Source of the DNA: Elsinoe ampelina
Lineage: Eukaryota
Assembly (NCBI GenBank): GCA_010093995.1
Contig: ML992501.1
Coordinates: 2,930,244-2,993,990 of the forward strand
DNA length: 63,747 bases
Reading direction: 5' to 3'
Shown here: piece after piece, positions 25,876 to 39,800 of the stretch
Layout: each line of letters opens with the position of its first letter
Position numbering within the stretch: position 1 is the first letter of the stretch
The notes under the pieces: generated by a model
Told to the model about the DNA's origin: nothing
Databases searched by the model: none
Seen by the model: only the letters and a program-made list of their open reading frames with translations
Translations under genes and position numbers: made by a program

Positions 25876-28175
25876 ATGGCGGCGCAATCAAAATTACTGG
25901 TCTCTGGAATCTCGGAGAAGTCGATCAAATCACTCATCAACGACCTGACCTCCTTGTATTTGCGCAACCGATCGCGCATCAGCAAAGCCATCTACATCTC
26001 GCTCTTCGTCACATTACTCAATCGTATCCGAGTCGCCGTACAGTCACAAAGCCCGAGCGCTCGGAAAGCCAAAGATGGAAAGGCAGGTGCCGAGTCGACG
26101 GACACCACAGGGAAGAAGAAGCGCGTGGAGCTGAATAGGGAATTCTTCCGGAGTCTGTTCAAGTTGTTACGGATATGCATACCTGGATGGAAGAGCAAGG
26201 AGTTACGACTGTTGATCAGTCATACCATATTCCTGGTGCTACGAACATTGATCTCATTGTACGTAGCGGAATTGGACGGCAAGCTGGTCAGCAGCCTCGT
26301 ACGGGGCAAGGGTAGGGAGTTTCTGGGTGGGCTGGTATGGTGGATGGCAGTCGCTGTGCCCGCGACTTTCACAAACTCAATGGTAAGCGTCAATGCGTTA
26401 GAAGTGATGAAGGCTGTCGCTTACGCTCGCAGCTATCATATCACCAGTGCAAGCTATCATTACAATACCGAGCACGACTTACGCAGCACATCCACAGCAA
26501 GTATCTCTCCAACATGACCTTCTACACATTATCCGCATTGGATGACCGAATCAAGAACGCCGATCAACTCATCACAGTCGACGTATCACGATTCTCAAAC
26601 AGTCTAGCGGAGCTATACTCGAATCTTGCAAAACCTGTACTGGACATGGTAGTGTACAACTGGTCATTGTCTCGATCGGTCGGTGGCGAGTCTCTCTTTG
26701 CCATGAGTCTCCTGATTCAGGCTTCCGCTCAGCTGATGCGAGCACTCACACCTCCTTTTGGCAAATACGTTGCAGACGAAGCACGACTTGAAGGCGAGTT
26801 CCGATTCCAGCACTCCAGGCTGATCGACTACTCGGAAGAGATCGCACTCTACGACGGAGCCGAAGCGGAGAAGGATACACTCGACAAAGGCTACTTCACT
26901 TTGATCAAGCATGTTAATCGCATCTTGCGAAGACGATTCTACCATGGGATTATGGAAGACTTTGTCATCAAATACTTCTGGGGCGCTCTGGGTCTGATGC
27001 TCTGCTCGGTACCTGTCTTCTTCAAAGTACCTGGTGCGAGCGGATCTACAGGCGACAGGGCGGAAGGTCTCGTAACAAATCGTCGACTCCTGGTCTCTTC
27101 ATCCGACGCTTTCGGTCGTCTGATGGCTTCTTACAAGGAAATCAGCCAGCTGGCCGGCTACACATCTCGCGTCTCCAGCTTACTCACTGTCATTGATGAC
27201 ATTCAACGAGGTCATTTTGAGAAAGCGCTGGTCTCATCAGCAAGCACTGAGGCCAACAAGGCTGTTCTGGCTGGTCGTGGGGAATTGACCGAAGGCGAAG
27301 ACATTCAATTTGTCGACGTTCCAATCGTATCTCCAAATGGCGACGTACTCGTACCGAAGCTCTCCTTTTCAATCGGACCTGGCGACCATCTGCTCATAGT
27401 CGGACCCAATGGCTGCGGCAAGTCGTCTCTATTCCGCATTCTTGGTGGTCTGTGGCCAGTGTATGGCGGCAAAGTCCGCAAGCCACCAGCCGAAGATATC
27501 TTCTACATTCCTCAGCGACCATACCTCTCGCGCGGTACTCTCCGTCAACAAATCATCTACCCAGACAATCTTGCCGACATGCGCTCACGAGGCGCCACGG
27601 ACGCCGACCTAGTCCGAATTCTCGAAAGCCTAGACATCGCCTCCCTTCTGAACGTACAAAGCAAGAACATCGACCCACGCAGCGAGCCTAGTAGCCCTAC
27701 GCACACGCGAAGAGGACCCAAGCAACCTTCCGGCTTGGACGTCGAAGCAGAATGGCCCGACGTCCTGTCCATAGGCAACCAACAACGAATCGCCGCCGCT
27801 CGCCTCTTCTACCACCGCCCCAAATACGCCATCCTGGACGAGTGCACATCCAGCTTGACCCCTGACATCGAGCGGACGATGTATACCGAGGCGAAGAAGC
27901 TCGGCATCACCTTGATGACGGTAAGCCACAGGAGGAGTTTGTGGCAGTTCCACAGCTGGATCCTGCAATTTTCTGGGATGGGAGGGTATGTGTTCACGAA
28001 ACTTGATGCGGAAGGTCGGTTGAGGTTGGAGGATGAGAGGGATGAGATCGATGTTCAGCTAAGGAGGGTGCCGGAGATTGAGAAGAGGATCAGGGAGTTG
28101 GAGAGCGGGATGGTCGGAGGTGAAGGGGAGGTGGAAGAGGTGGCTGATGAGAAGGTGGAAGAGGTCGTCGCGTAG
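25876..28175 (+). CDS. PXA2: Peroxisomal ABCD half-transporter for long-chain fatty acyl-CoA
   Basis: EEIALYDG (EAA-like motif), Walker [17 protein letters not shown], degenerate signature LSIGNQQR, Walker B ILDECTS. One intron near 26383-26432. Pxa2 rather than Pxa1 is from recalled similarity. Confidence 0.88.
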
Positions 28176-28333
28176 GCGGATGTTGGTGCTGTACTTTTAC
28201 GCCCAGACTTGGTAGGGGATAGATGGTAGAAGAATTGTGTCGTCTCCATTGAAGCCCATTTCTAATCGTCCTCTCTCTCGACGATCTGCCTGGTGGTAAT
28301 GTCTCCCTCACTACTACAGCGACCTGATCCTGT

Positions 28334-29868
28334 CTATATATTCGTCGCGTTCGGCCTACCAGCATACTCCTCCAAGCCATGCTCAAACCAATGCAACCTC
28401 TCCAAAACCCTCTGCACCTTCTCAATCCCTCCAAACACCATCGCCGCCGCCGCCCTGGCCAACTTCAACACCTCCCCCCTGCTCAACCCAAAATGCTCCA
28501 TGACCAAGGCATACTCGTTGCTCAACTCACTCTCGAAAATCCCCACATCATCCGTCTGTTAGCGTCAGCCCTCGTCACTTCCCCGTTCCCTCTTCTCCTT
28601 CCCCTCCCGTCCCACCCCTGGTAGTGAGCGGTGAGCAATGAAAAGCGATACTTACACTCAAAGCAACCGCATTCCTCCTCTCCCCCTCCCCCTCCTGCCC
28701 AACCCACCACTCCCCAAAATGATGCTCCCCCGTCCCTCCCCCCGTCATTCCCGCCAACGTATTACAACTGACACACAACTCCAACCCCACCTCCTGCCTC
28801 CTCACCTCCCCCTTCACCCTCTCGCTCAAGTGTATCACATGCCCTATCCGATTCGGCCCCCAGGAGAGCAGCTCCTCCAGCTCCGCATCGACCCAATCAC
28901 CTGCGACTTCCCCGAAATGCACCGTGATGCCCAACCCTGCACTTTTGGCGCGATGAAAAGCAGAGCGGAACAGCGAGGGTGCGCCGCGCGTGGGGTCGCC
29001 GCAGAGATCCACCCCCACCACGCCTTTGCCGTGGTACTTGATAGCCAGATCCACAGTGTCCTGCGCGTCCTCGACGGTGCCGCGGCGGTCGACGGAGAGG
29101 ATGAGACTCGCGTGCATGGACTGGTTGGGGGTGGCGTTCCAGGTGGCGATGAGGGAGAGGAGGAGGGCGATGTACGCTTCTTTGGAGAGGGAGGGGGAGG
29201 GGGAGCGTGGGGTCGTGCGGAGCTCGAGGTGGGTTACGTTGTCGGATGCGAAGGAGTGTAGGACGGAGAGGAGGACGGTGGTGATGTCTTGTGGTGTGGT
29301 GAGGAGGTGGTAGAGGTTGTGGGTGAAGAGGGGGAAGAAGCTTGGAGGTTAGCTTGGGGTTGTGGAGGGGATGGTGGTCTTGGGGGGATGGGGTGCAAGG
29401 ATGTAGGGGAGGAGTGGGGAGACGGGACAGAGAGGGGCGGGACTACGGAGGAAATCCGCAGGGGAACGGGGAGATGCTTCCGCTGGGGGCGAGGGAGGTG
29501 ATATTGGAGTGAGATAGCTGCTTGAGATACTCGTGGTTGGGCAGATGCTCGCAACGAAAGGAATGAGGAATCGTCATGCGATCTTGACAATCTTGTGGAG
29601 ACCACAGTGGAGAATGAAGGAACAGTATGATAGGCTCTTTGGTGTAGCATGTAACTCACGTAGTAATGTTGATACCGTCCCCTGCAGGTGGTAAAGACAC
29701 TAGAGGATCCTCAAGTGCATTCTCGCCTTCCAATTCGCCGGCATCCTTTTTCCGCTTCCATATCTCGTGTAATGTCTGTCTGCTTATCGAGCCGGTGAAA
29801 TGAGCGTGCAGCTCGACTTTGGGCAGAGCCTTGCAGAAGGCACGGTCTGCTTCGGAGAGAGTGCTCAT
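28334..29868 (-). CDS. Adenosine deaminase-like protein (ADAL/MAPDA type)
   Basis: LPKVELHAHFTGS, LELRTTPR, GVDLCGDP, TVHFGE, RIGHV, ELCVSCN, TDDVGIF. Introns at 29341-29659 and near 28556-28654. Confidence 0.88.
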
Positions 29869-30159
29869 GTTGGAGGTGGCGAGGAGGTGGCGATCATGTA
29901 AAAGTAGCAAGAGAAAGGACAAATCACAACATTCATACTGCACTACATTCCCTTGGCATGTATGATACTGGTAGTACTAGGGCAAATTGGGAGCGAACTT
30001 TTAAGCTTCATGTCTTTCATTCGCATCTCTGCATCAGCAGAACTTGTTCTATATATGCACTCTTTAAACGCCCAAAACGTGCATGGCTCACTGCATAAGC
30101 CTACCATTCGTCTACCGCATTAGACTGCCTTCATCATTTCCATCACCGCAGTCGATCGT

Positions 30160-32579
30160 CTATGCCTCGTCAACACCGTCTGGCTTCGCGCCGCCCTCGG
30201 CGGCATCAGTCATCTCTTGGTCAGCGGGACCCTTGGCCGCCTCCTCGACCTTCTTCTTCTCGTCTTCGGCCTTTCTCCTTGCCTCATCCTCAGCACGCTT
30301 CTTTGCAGCAGCTTCCTCTTGTGCCTTCTGTGCGGCCTGTCGTTCCTCCTCGAGCTTCTCATTACGGCGACCGACGATGGGTCCAACGACTGATCGGATC
30401 TCGTCAATCTTTGACACGTAGACAGCCTTGGTTGCATCTTCGCCTTCGTCGTAGAGCCAGTCCTGCGATATGTCAGTCAAGGGGATTTGATGTTAATGTC
30501 GTTGATCTTACCTCGAGCTGCTCGAGCTTGGCCTTGACCTTGGCCTTCTCCTCATCAGACGAGAATTCGGCGAGAACACCATCAATCTTCTCGCGGTATT
30601 CGTAGATGGACGACTCCAATTCGTTCTTCTTGTCTTCGGTGTCGGCCACCAACTTGTCCTCCATGATCATCTGACCTTCCTGCTCGGCAAATTTGCTGAC
30701 AAGGGAGGGGTCGAGAGAGGCAGTCCCAGCAGACAACGGGAGCTCTCCTTTCCGGACCTGCTTCTTGACCTTGCGAGTCTTGACTGGAGCGTCAGTGTCC
30801 ATGGCCTGCTGTTGGTCAGTTTGAACCATCTTTGCACGTTTGTATGCGCGATGAGCGTCGGTCATGGAAGGCTCTTCAAATTCAGACGCGGATGCGAGCA
30901 TGGAAGGACTTACATCGCCGTCCTTCTTCTCGCCGTCTTCTGGAATCGGCTCCTCTACCTCCTCGTCCTCAACATAATAACCCGACTCCACGTTCAGGAT
31001 ACCGTGCAAGTTCAATCTAGCCTTCAGTTTGCAGATCATGAAGTCTTCGGGACCATCCGCCTTGACACCCTTGACGCTAAAGCGGCCGATCCATGGATTG
31101 ATTTTTCCGGGAAGCAATTCAGGCTTTGCGTATTTCGCCTCCAGGTCGAAAGGTTGTCGGCGGTAGAATGTCAGAATCTTGGTTGAGGGCATGACGTTGC
31201 CACGGTTAAATACTGTGAGGTTGGTGTCTTCATCCGGGATATCTGGGCTTTTTTCCCACGTGAACTCTATGGGAAACCCGACTACATCATGGATGCTGAA
31301 ATCTCTCACTCTGAACACAGGAGAGAGGATAGCACAAGCGAAAGCGCATCCTCGAGCAATCGCCTCATCGGCGTTGAGGGTGAAGCTGAGTTGCTTGTTG
31401 AAGAAGCTCTGGATCGTAGCCTTGAGGGCGGGGACACGGGTGCACCCTCCGACGAGTTCGACGATATCAATGTCCTCGGTCTTCAATTTCGCCTCAGCCA
31501 AAGCCTGCTCGAGAGGTGCGGAGGAGCGATCCAGCAAAGGCTTGACCAATTCCTCCAGCTCTTCCCTCTTTAGCATGCCGCGGACATCCGTGTCGTTGAG
31601 AAGTGATTCAATGTTGATCGGGGCGCTGGCGTTCGCACTCAAGACCTTCTTGAGCTTTTCACATGCGGCAGCCACTCGGAGCCTAGCCTTTGGATTCTCG
31701 TTGATGTCGATCTTGAACTTCTCCTTGAACTCTTTTTGAAAGTGATTTACCAGCGCCGTATCAAAGTTGCGACCGCCGAAATGACGATCATATGCTGTGG
31801 AGAGGACCTTGAGTTCACCCTTCTTGAATTCGACGATCGAGCAAGTGTAGTTGCTGTGACCAATGTCGACGAAAGCGACACGGCGAGGCTTCTCTTCCGG
31901 GGTAGGCAGGTCCGTCTTGGTGATGCCCCAAGCAAGTGCTGAGGCTGTGGTCTCATTGATCAGGCGTAGGACCTTCACACCAGCAATGTCCGCGGCATCC
32001 AATATACTCCGTCTCTGTGCGTCGGTGTACCAGGCTGGCACAGATAAAACCATGTCGTTGACAGGGAGCTTGAGCTCAGCGGCTGCTGTCTGACGAGCTT
32101 TGGTGAGGAACATGGCCGTCAGTTGTGTGGCGGTGAATTTCTCTTTTTTGCCCAGGTAGTTGACTTCGGCTCCAACCTGGCCATTGATCTCGACAAGAGG
32201 TGCTGAGACATAATCCTTCTCGATCTGAACGTCTGGGTCGTTGAGAGACCTGCCGGCCAGGCGTGTGAGAGAGCCGACGGTGTTCTTCAGGTTCGAAATC
32301 TCTTGTGTCTTTGCCGATTCTCCAAGATATCGCGCCTTAGGACCAAACCCGACCAGAGACGGAGTCGCACGGTTCGATACCTCGTTCGTGATAACGTCAA
32401 CACCCCTGTTGCGTGCGACGGCCTGTTAATCGGATTAGTGTCTGTTGAACTCCAAGGGGGTGGTCGGGGGTGTAGAAATACAATAACCGCGTTTTGCGTG
32501 CCGAAATCCAGCCCAACGACCCTATACACATGTCAGCCTTCAAATCGGTGACGATAGTGGGGCTCGAGACATACGACAT
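30160..32579 (-). CDS. HSP88: Hsp110-family chaperone / nucleotide exchange factor Hsp88 (Sse1)
   Basis: VVGLDFGT, FVDIGHS, GGRNFD, ELVGGCTRVP, LNADEAIARG, DWLYDEGED. Four introns, including an in-frame one at 30806-30913. Confidence 0.96.
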
Positions 32580-33135
32580 CTCGCTGGCGATCAGTACTGA
32601 ATATTGAGTGTGTTTCGTTCAGTGTGGGTTGAAGTTGATATTGAAGTTGAAATGAAGGAGGCGCGGCGTTGTGGAAGTGTTTCGTTGTGTGCCTGCGGGC
32701 AAGGCAGAGGTCAACACAAAAATTGTAGGTCGGCGTTGCAGTGACGAAAAAATCCGATAGAGGATTCGAGTGCTTTCCAGTCAGTGGTGTGGTGCCAGCA
32801 ACGCACACACAAGGCAGCCCGCCGCCAGCTCACCGCAAAGAATGAAGATCATGCGTGCTTAGTCAGCAGTAAACCTCGACGGTCCCTCGATATTGTTCTC
32901 AATACAACAACCGGCGTGGCATCTATTTCACCAGAACCGGTGACGTGTGAGCATTGATAGGCCGCAAGGGTACTGAGTTACCACAAAAAGGCACAGGAAG
33001 GCCAGATTTGTTAAATGCTTCACCATATTAGATGCTTGTCACTATCTAATTCTACCAGCAATCCATGCTGCTTGAAAGATTGTCGATGCCCACCGTGCCA
33101 TTCCGTTAGGCAGCTTTGAAAGAGACTATCAGAAA

Positions 33136-34437
33136 TCACTCGCTATACCTAATATTCTTGTTGCTGGCACGCTTCGGGCGTCCAGTATTGGCACGATCCA
33201 CGGCAACGACCGGCTCCAGGTAAGAATAATCGTCCATCGCCTCGTCCCTCTTCTGCTCCGCCGCGATCTTCTCCTGCTCTATCTTCTCCTTCGCGAGCTG
33301 CTCAGCTTCCCTCTTCTCGTCATCGCTCTCCAGCTCCTTGGTCGCCTCTTTGTAGAAGTCATCGATCGCTTCAGTCAGCTGTGTCTGCCCAATGGTGCAG
33401 TGAGTGGCGTCTCGCCAGTGGATACCAGTCGAACAATCATCACAGGCTTCGCCTGCACGGTTGAATTTGATCATCTGCACAACGGCCGAGATATCAGGCC
33501 TGGTGGCGTGCAGAGCACGGAGTACCGGGAATAACACGCGTGCCAAGACGGCAGGGGGGTACCCACTGCTACGCCAGAAGGTTCTGCGATGACCGCGCTT
33601 GGGAGTACCTATCCAATTCCGCGAGAGCAGAGTGACAGTCTCGAGCCGGGTAGATGCCTCCTCCAACAGCCTCATTGCGTCAGGTTGCGAGGAGAAAGTA
33701 CCAGAACGGACGGCCTCCAACTCTATAGTTCGGATCTTGTCTACCATAGCTGAGCCAGATACCACCAGAAATTCAGCCAGTTTGTTGATGTTTGGAGTCA
33801 CTACAGTGTTCAGGCCAAAGAACATGCTGGTACCCTCCTCGTAAAGCTGACGACAGGTCGAGAAGATCGCAGTGCGACGGATAGGTGCGATCACGGAGGT
33901 GCTATGATGTCTCTTCTCACTTGTGACTTCAAGATAGGATCGGAGCTTCCCCTCTTTTCTGTGAGCTTGGATTCGAAGCTTCCCGTCGACAGTACCGAAA
34001 AGCTCCTGATACACTGCATTGCGAATTTCTGCAGGTAGATCGAGGAAACTGGATGATGAACGTCGTTCGGGCTCCGGCTTGATCAAGATCGCCTGGTAGC
34101 CTTTGAAGAGTCCTTCATGAATGACCATCTAAGAATGTTAGCATATACAACATTGGATGATAAGTGGTACCTACTGGTGTCAGAGAGAATCGTGATTCGG
34201 ACTGGAAAGTGATGGCGTGAGTATGAGTCGATTTGGCATTTTTGCGCTTTGACCTGTCAGATTGCATGTTGACGGCAGGATATGGTAGCCGACAAACCTT
34301 AGAATACGACTTCTCGCCATCAAGAGACGAGTAGACCTCATCGTCGTCCGGCGGGACGTCATCGTCGTCACGTTTCTGTTATCCAGGTCAACGCCCCATA
34401 AACTCGCATCTTGGAGTGTGCTCACCCTCTTCGGCAT
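33136..34437 (-). CDS. Hypothetical protein with an F-box-like FLDLPAEIRNAVY motif; 5' exons uncertain
   Basis: 330-aa terminal exon ORF with FLDLPAEIRNAVY and IFSTCRQLYEEG. Upstream ATG at 34437 is followed by a GTGAGC donor. Confidence 0.6.
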
Positions 34438-34761
34438 GTCGCATGTACTACCCGAGTGGTTGCCGGTCTGATAGTTGAGATGTGGACCGTGAGGTGGGTT
34501 GAATGGATCAATTGAAGAGGAGGACTGTGAGGTGGGTGAGGCAAGTGCGTTCTGGTAGCCACGGCAGTGCCAAGACCACCCCAAATCTTGCAACATACGA
34601 ACATGCGATGTGAAAAGGGATAATTCATCAGAGAAGACTCGCTTGTTTGAATTTCGCAGTAAGGTAGAGGAGATACGACCATAGCCCAGCGCTGTGGCAA
34701 ATGATCCTAACCTTTGAATCTGTCTGCTCCGCCCAGCAAACCTTCTTCCAAACTCTTAAAA

Positions 34762-36402
34762 TTACAGAAGCAACGACAGAGGGTTCTCGATCGCGCCCTT
34801 GAGCTCCCTCATGAACTCTCCACCAACAGCACCATCGACAACCTTGTGGTCAAAGCTTCCCGATAGCACAATCTGCTCGTCCCATTCAACGCCAGTGGTG
34901 CCATCATCATTCTCCACCGGTACCGCGACCTTCTTGACAGCGCCTACGGCGAGGATGGTGGCTTGAGGTGGGTTGATGACAGCGGTGAATCGGTCAATGG
35001 CGGGGTTCATGCCCATGTTCGAGATGGTGATAGTGCCTCCCTGGTATTCCTCTGGCTTCAGCTTTCCGTCCCTTGCCCTCTTGCCAAGGTCCTTGATTTG
35101 ACTTGAGATGCTCTCCAATCCTGTACCGTTGACGTTCTTCACGATCGGGGTCATGAGCCCTGCCGGCGTAGCAACGGCCACGGATACGTCTACAACATTG
35201 TTTTGGCGAATGACCACGTTACCTCCATCTTCTCTCCAGCTCGAATTCGCAGCGGGCACCTTGCGAGCAGCGAATGCGAGAGCCTTAACCATGAAGTCGT
35301 TCACGGAAAGCTTGTACTTGCCCTCAGCAGATGCATTGAGAGCCTGTCGAAGCTTGAGAAGTTTGGAGACCGAGACGGATGATTGTACGAAGTAGTGCGG
35401 GTTTTGGTTCATCGACTGTGTGAGGCGAGCAGCGATAGTCTTGCGCATCGATGTGGCAGGGATGTCCTCGAAGGTCGGTGCACCTCCTGTTGCCGCGGGT
35501 GCAGCAGCAGCGGATGTAAGCTTGAACTTCTCGACATCCTCCTTTGTGACCCGACCACCGGGACCAGAGCCCTTGATCTGCGATACAGGAACGCCCTTCT
35601 CCAATGCGAGCTTCTTGGCTGCGGGACTTACAGCTGGTTGACGATCCAAGGAGGTCTGAAGACGTTCGCCGGTTGACTCTGACTCTTTCGCCTGTGGTGT
35701 TGACGGCTCCTCCTTCGGTGCTGGTGCTGATGGGCTATCCTCTGATGGTGGCTCGGACGCGTCGGCTGCCTCTTGCTTTGTACCCTCCTTTGGCGCAGAC
35801 TTGTCACCGCCAGCATCTTCCACTGAGAAGGATTCAAAAGCCGAGACGTCGGCACCCTCTTCGACCAGAACGGCGATGGGCTGAGATTATTGTCAGTATA
35901 TGATTTTCATGGCGGCTCTCGTGAAGCTCACGTTTCCGACAGCGACATCCTTTTCACCCGATTCTTTCAAGATCTTTGCAAGGACACCCTCGTCTTGAAA
36001 TTCAAAGTCCATTTGCGCCTTGTCCGTTTCGATCTCAACAAGTACATCACCTGGTGCAAGCGAGTCGCCAGGCTTCTTTTGCCATGTTCCGATATTACCA
36101 GCCTGCATAGTAGGACTCAGTGCTGGCATAGTGATGACCTGATGTGGAGGGTATGCTGCTCGATCATGTTAGTATAGTCGGTCGAGTGTTGGAATGTGTC
36201 CAGAACATACATTTGGCGGCATAGTACCGCGCAAGAGGTGCGACACCTGCAATTCGTCTGTTGGATCAGAGTCAGATCGTGTCTCCTCCCGAGGGAACCA
36301 TTCGACCCCTTACGAAACATTGTCATAAGCTCTGTAGCTTGCTATGGGTCTCCGCAGGCACAATCTCCCCGAAGATCGCGACAGCACCGCCGCAGCTGAC
36401 AT
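34762..36402 (-). CDS. LAT1: Pyruvate dehydrogenase E2, dihydrolipoamide acetyltransferase (mitochondrial)
   Basis: Arg-rich presequence; lipoyl domain MPALSPTM...EIETDKA; E3-binding domain [13 protein letters not shown]; catalytic FDHKVVDG. Two introns. Confidence 0.96.
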
Positions 36403-36890
36403 GATGATGGTGGTTCAGCCGGGGGTGGAAGAAAATGACCGAGAATACTAGTTGTATCAAGAAGGTAGAAACAGGTATTGAGGTGAAAACGCGAATGTCC
36501 TCAATGCCCCCGGACAATGTAGGATCAGGCCGGTTGAGGTGAGCCCAGTAAATTTTCCCGACAAAGCTATGATCCCCACGGTTGAGAGCCACGCCAAAGC
36601 AATGCTCCCCAAGCTCCGGCGTTTCTTTGCACCAAGTGCACCGACGCGGACGACCAGGATTCGGAAGCAGCCGTGGACATCTGGCACTAGGCCGATTTAG
36701 GGTCAAAAAGGGTATCGTAGCTTTCCTGACATGCATGAACTATTCGTCAGACAGCTGTACATTACCTCGAAAATCCAATCGCTCGTCTGATTGACTTGTA
36801 CCACTGTGGAACCGACTCGGCTCGATCCCAATACTGCAGCATGGTAGACTGAAACCTCTGCAAAAGTCACTGGGGAGACACAGCATAATC

Positions 36891-39800
36891 ATGGCAGATC
36901 CGGAGGTGGTCCGCAATGAGGAGGAGCAGGATACCTCGAGTATACCTCCTCAAGCTCCGGAGACGCCATCGGAAGTGGACCATGACACAGAGTCTGCACC
37001 AATCCCAGACCATGAAGATTCGCCTGTCAATGGCCAATCACCGACCCAGGCAGAAGTCGAAAAGAGCGCAGCTCAGCCGGGGCAGGTCGAGGATACTAAG
37101 GCACAAGAGACGGATGTACAGCAGACACCAATTCAGGATAGACCTCACATATCTACGCCCGCAACTCCCGCGACTCCGAATGGGGATCGAAGACCTACAC
37201 CTACACGAGAAGAGTCCAATCAGTCTAGCGAAGTACCAGTCCGATCTTCCAGGCAGACGAGTTTATCACAGACAATTGATACTGGAAGGCGGCGGACCGA
37301 CTCCGCCTCAACATCAGCAACAACCGCGACTACCAGATCAGCTCCTCGAACATCCATGGTCTTTGTGCAGGCCGCGCTTGAGACTATCGCCAACTCGAAA
37401 GATGCAAGGAAGAGGAAACCACTACTTGACGCTTCACAAAAGGCATTGAGCTTGATCAAAGGACAGGGAGATCTTTCTCAGACACCCCCTGAGATAATAT
37501 TCCTGCCCCTGCAACTCGCGACCGAAGCGTCTACCATCTCGATTGTCACAACAGCGCTCGATTGCATCGGCAAGCTGATATCCTATTCATACTTTGCAGT
37601 GTCTGGCGATACACCGGGTGAAGAGCAGAAGGCGCCTCTGATAGAAAGAGCTATTGACACAATATGCGACTGTTTCCAAGGGGAGGCCACACCGAACGAG
37701 GTCCAGATGCAGATAATCAAGTCACTTCTGTCCGCAATTTTGAATGATAAGATTGTGGTACATGGAGCGGGTCTACTGAAGTCGGTTCGACAGATCTACA
37801 ACATCTTCCTCCTGTCAAAGTCAAGCCCCAACCAGCAAATTGCTCAGGGTACATTGACGCAGATGGTAGGCACAGTCTTCGAGAGAGTGAAAGTACGGCT
37901 GGCATCAAGATCCGCAAGATTCAATTCCTCGAAAACTTCGCTGAATTCGGGCCCTTATGCAGACCCTGCGATGTCTCCAGACACGCCCCTCACAGCACAT
38001 CCAGACATGGAAAATCGACCTAGTACCAGCGGTGCACCCTCGGAAGCGGACGATGACGGCGCAAGCGTCACAGATGCTGGTGACGACGAACCAGAGGGCA
38101 CAAAGATGACGCTGCAGACGTTCGAAACCCGAAAGAGCTTCGATGATGCTCGAATAGCAGACAATGCTCCTACCATGGTCACACGAGTTCGCAGACAAAG
38201 AGCAAGCACGCGAAGCGTTTCTGGACCAGAAATACCAGCGATCACTATCGGCGATAGCGAAGAAAGTACCGAAGAGGACGAAGAGGATGAGATCTACATC
38301 AAGGACGCATTCCTCGTCTTTCGTGCCATGTGCAAACTCAGCACTAAAGCTCTCACGGTAGAAGATGCTGTGGACGTACGATCGCAAGGCATGAGATCCA
38401 AGCTTCTATCCCTCCATATCATCCAAAACGTCCTCCACAACCATCCCATCATTTTCACATCTCCGCACGCCACCATCAGAAGCAGCAACAACAACGATCC
38501 GACGTCTTTCACACAAGCCATCAAGCAGTATCTGTGTCTCAGCTTGAGTAGGAACGGATCAAGCTCCAACAATCGAGTATTCGAAGTGAGCGCTGAGATT
38601 TTCTCACTAATGGTGCAACACTTGCGGGTCATGCTAAAGCGGGAAATCGAAGTCTTCTTGAAAGAAATCTACCTCGCCGTACTGGACAAGCGGTCTGCCC
38701 CTCCCTTCCAGAAGCAGTATATCATCTACGTCTTCTCTCGCTTGGTAAAAGACGCCAAAGCGCTTGTCGAAATCTACCTCAATTACGATTGTGATAGGGC
38801 TGCACTTGACAACATGTACCAAAGGATCATCGAGCACATATCACGTCTTGCGAGCTCACCAGTCACCGTCTTAGCGGAACAGGAGCATTTGTATTTTGAT
38901 ACTCTCAGCCAGTACCGGAATGGGCCTTCAGAATGGCAGAACAAATCTGTATTGCCTCAATCTTTGTCGTCAGCCACTATTACTTCTGCACCGGACCTCG
39001 ATCGTGGCATACCGACCGATTATATGCTCAAGCAAGAATCCTTGGATTGTCTCGTCGAATCCTTGCGGTCAATGGTCTCATGGTCGCAACAAGGTATTGC
39101 CTACACGGCAGCAACTATGGCCAACGGCGGACTTCGAAGTTCCACAGACGAAATTCGAGATTCAATAGACACCAGGGACAATGGAGGTACTTCGGCGTCA
39201 TCACCTCTACCACTGTCTGCTGAAAGCGGCCCACCCATCTCCCCAGCGACGCCTATAGCAGAGGATGACCCGGCAGAGCTGGAACGTGTGAAGCAACACA
39301 AGACGGCTTTGAATAACGCTGTACGACAATTCAATTACAAGCCCAAGAGAGGCATCAAGTCGCTCGTCCAAGGTGGATTTATTCCCTCGAATTCTCCACA
39401 AGACATTGCACGTTTCATGTTCACGAATGAGAAGATCGACAAGAAGGCTCTCGGAGAGTTTCTAGGAGAGGGAGATGCCGAGAATATCGCCATCATGCAT
39501 GCTTTCGTGGATCAGATGGAGTTTGCTAAGACTAGATTCGTTGATGCTTTGCGGAAGTTTCTGCAGTCGTTTCGATTGCCTGGCGAAGCTCAGAAGATTG
39601 ACCGCTTGATGCTGAAATTTGCCGAGCGATATACATCTGGAAACCCAAATGCGTTTGCCAACGCTGACACTGCGTACGTACTGGGATATTCAGTGATCAT
39701 GCTGAACACGGATCAACACAGCTCGAATGTCAAGAAGAAAATGACGCCAGAAGACTTTATCAAGAACAATCGCGGTATCAACGACAATGCGGATCTTCCC

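Noticed and set aside
32580..33130. Heat-shock element upstream of HSP88
   Set aside because: I could not find a clean triple nGAAn array.
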